From positions 1-34,481 of the IMG/VR virus record IMGVR_UViG_3300043372_000273: a DNA stretch of 34,481 nucleotides, one strand, 5' to 3'. The stretch is from a virus. Its lineage: Duplodnaviria > Caudoviricetes. Both the position numbers and the translations under genes were made by a program. This document shows, piece by piece, positions 34,421 through 34,481 of this stretch. Every line of letters starts with the position of its first letter. Position 1 is the first letter of the stretch. The notes beneath the pieces are model-generated. The model was not told where the DNA came from. It saw only the letters and a list, made by a program, of their open reading frames with translations, and did not search any database.

Positions 34421-34481
34421 ATGGCGGCTTACGCTTTCCCAATTCATGAGCACTCACGTCAAACTCTACATCCCAGGTCCG

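Overview
The window is almost entirely one apparently complete ~34.4 kb Mu-like (transposable) prophage or phage genome. It is bounded by inverted GTTTGAGCA-type repeats that look like transposase-binding sites. The layout follows B3/BcepMu rather than Mu: an internal switch at ~9 kb drives a leftward early operon (Gam, MuA-like transposase, MuB-like ATPase, GemA) and a rightward late region (lysis, fibre, terminase, portal, protease/scaffold, capsid, MuF, tail with no recognisable sheath). A Dam-family adenine methylase sits at the left end. The main unusual elements are: (1) a glycosyltransferase-sulfotransferase fusion inside the tail module; (2) MuF fused to an ADP-ribosyltransferase-like domain, faced by an uncalled antisense 45-aa acidic ORF with its own sigma70-like promoter; (3) a truncated ECF-type sigma factor plus a conserved 28-bp box before three late gene blocks; (4) a switch built from two divergent ribbon-helix-helix proteins; (5) signal-peptide-like segments on fibre and capsid-associated proteins; (6) recurrent [ILV]N-small motifs suggesting Asn-directed head maturation; (7) a candidate central gyrase site. 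SD-poor, AC-rich leaders and short periodic repeats hint at a Verrucomicrobia/PVC host, which is inference only. All calls come from reading motifs and synteny; no database search was run.
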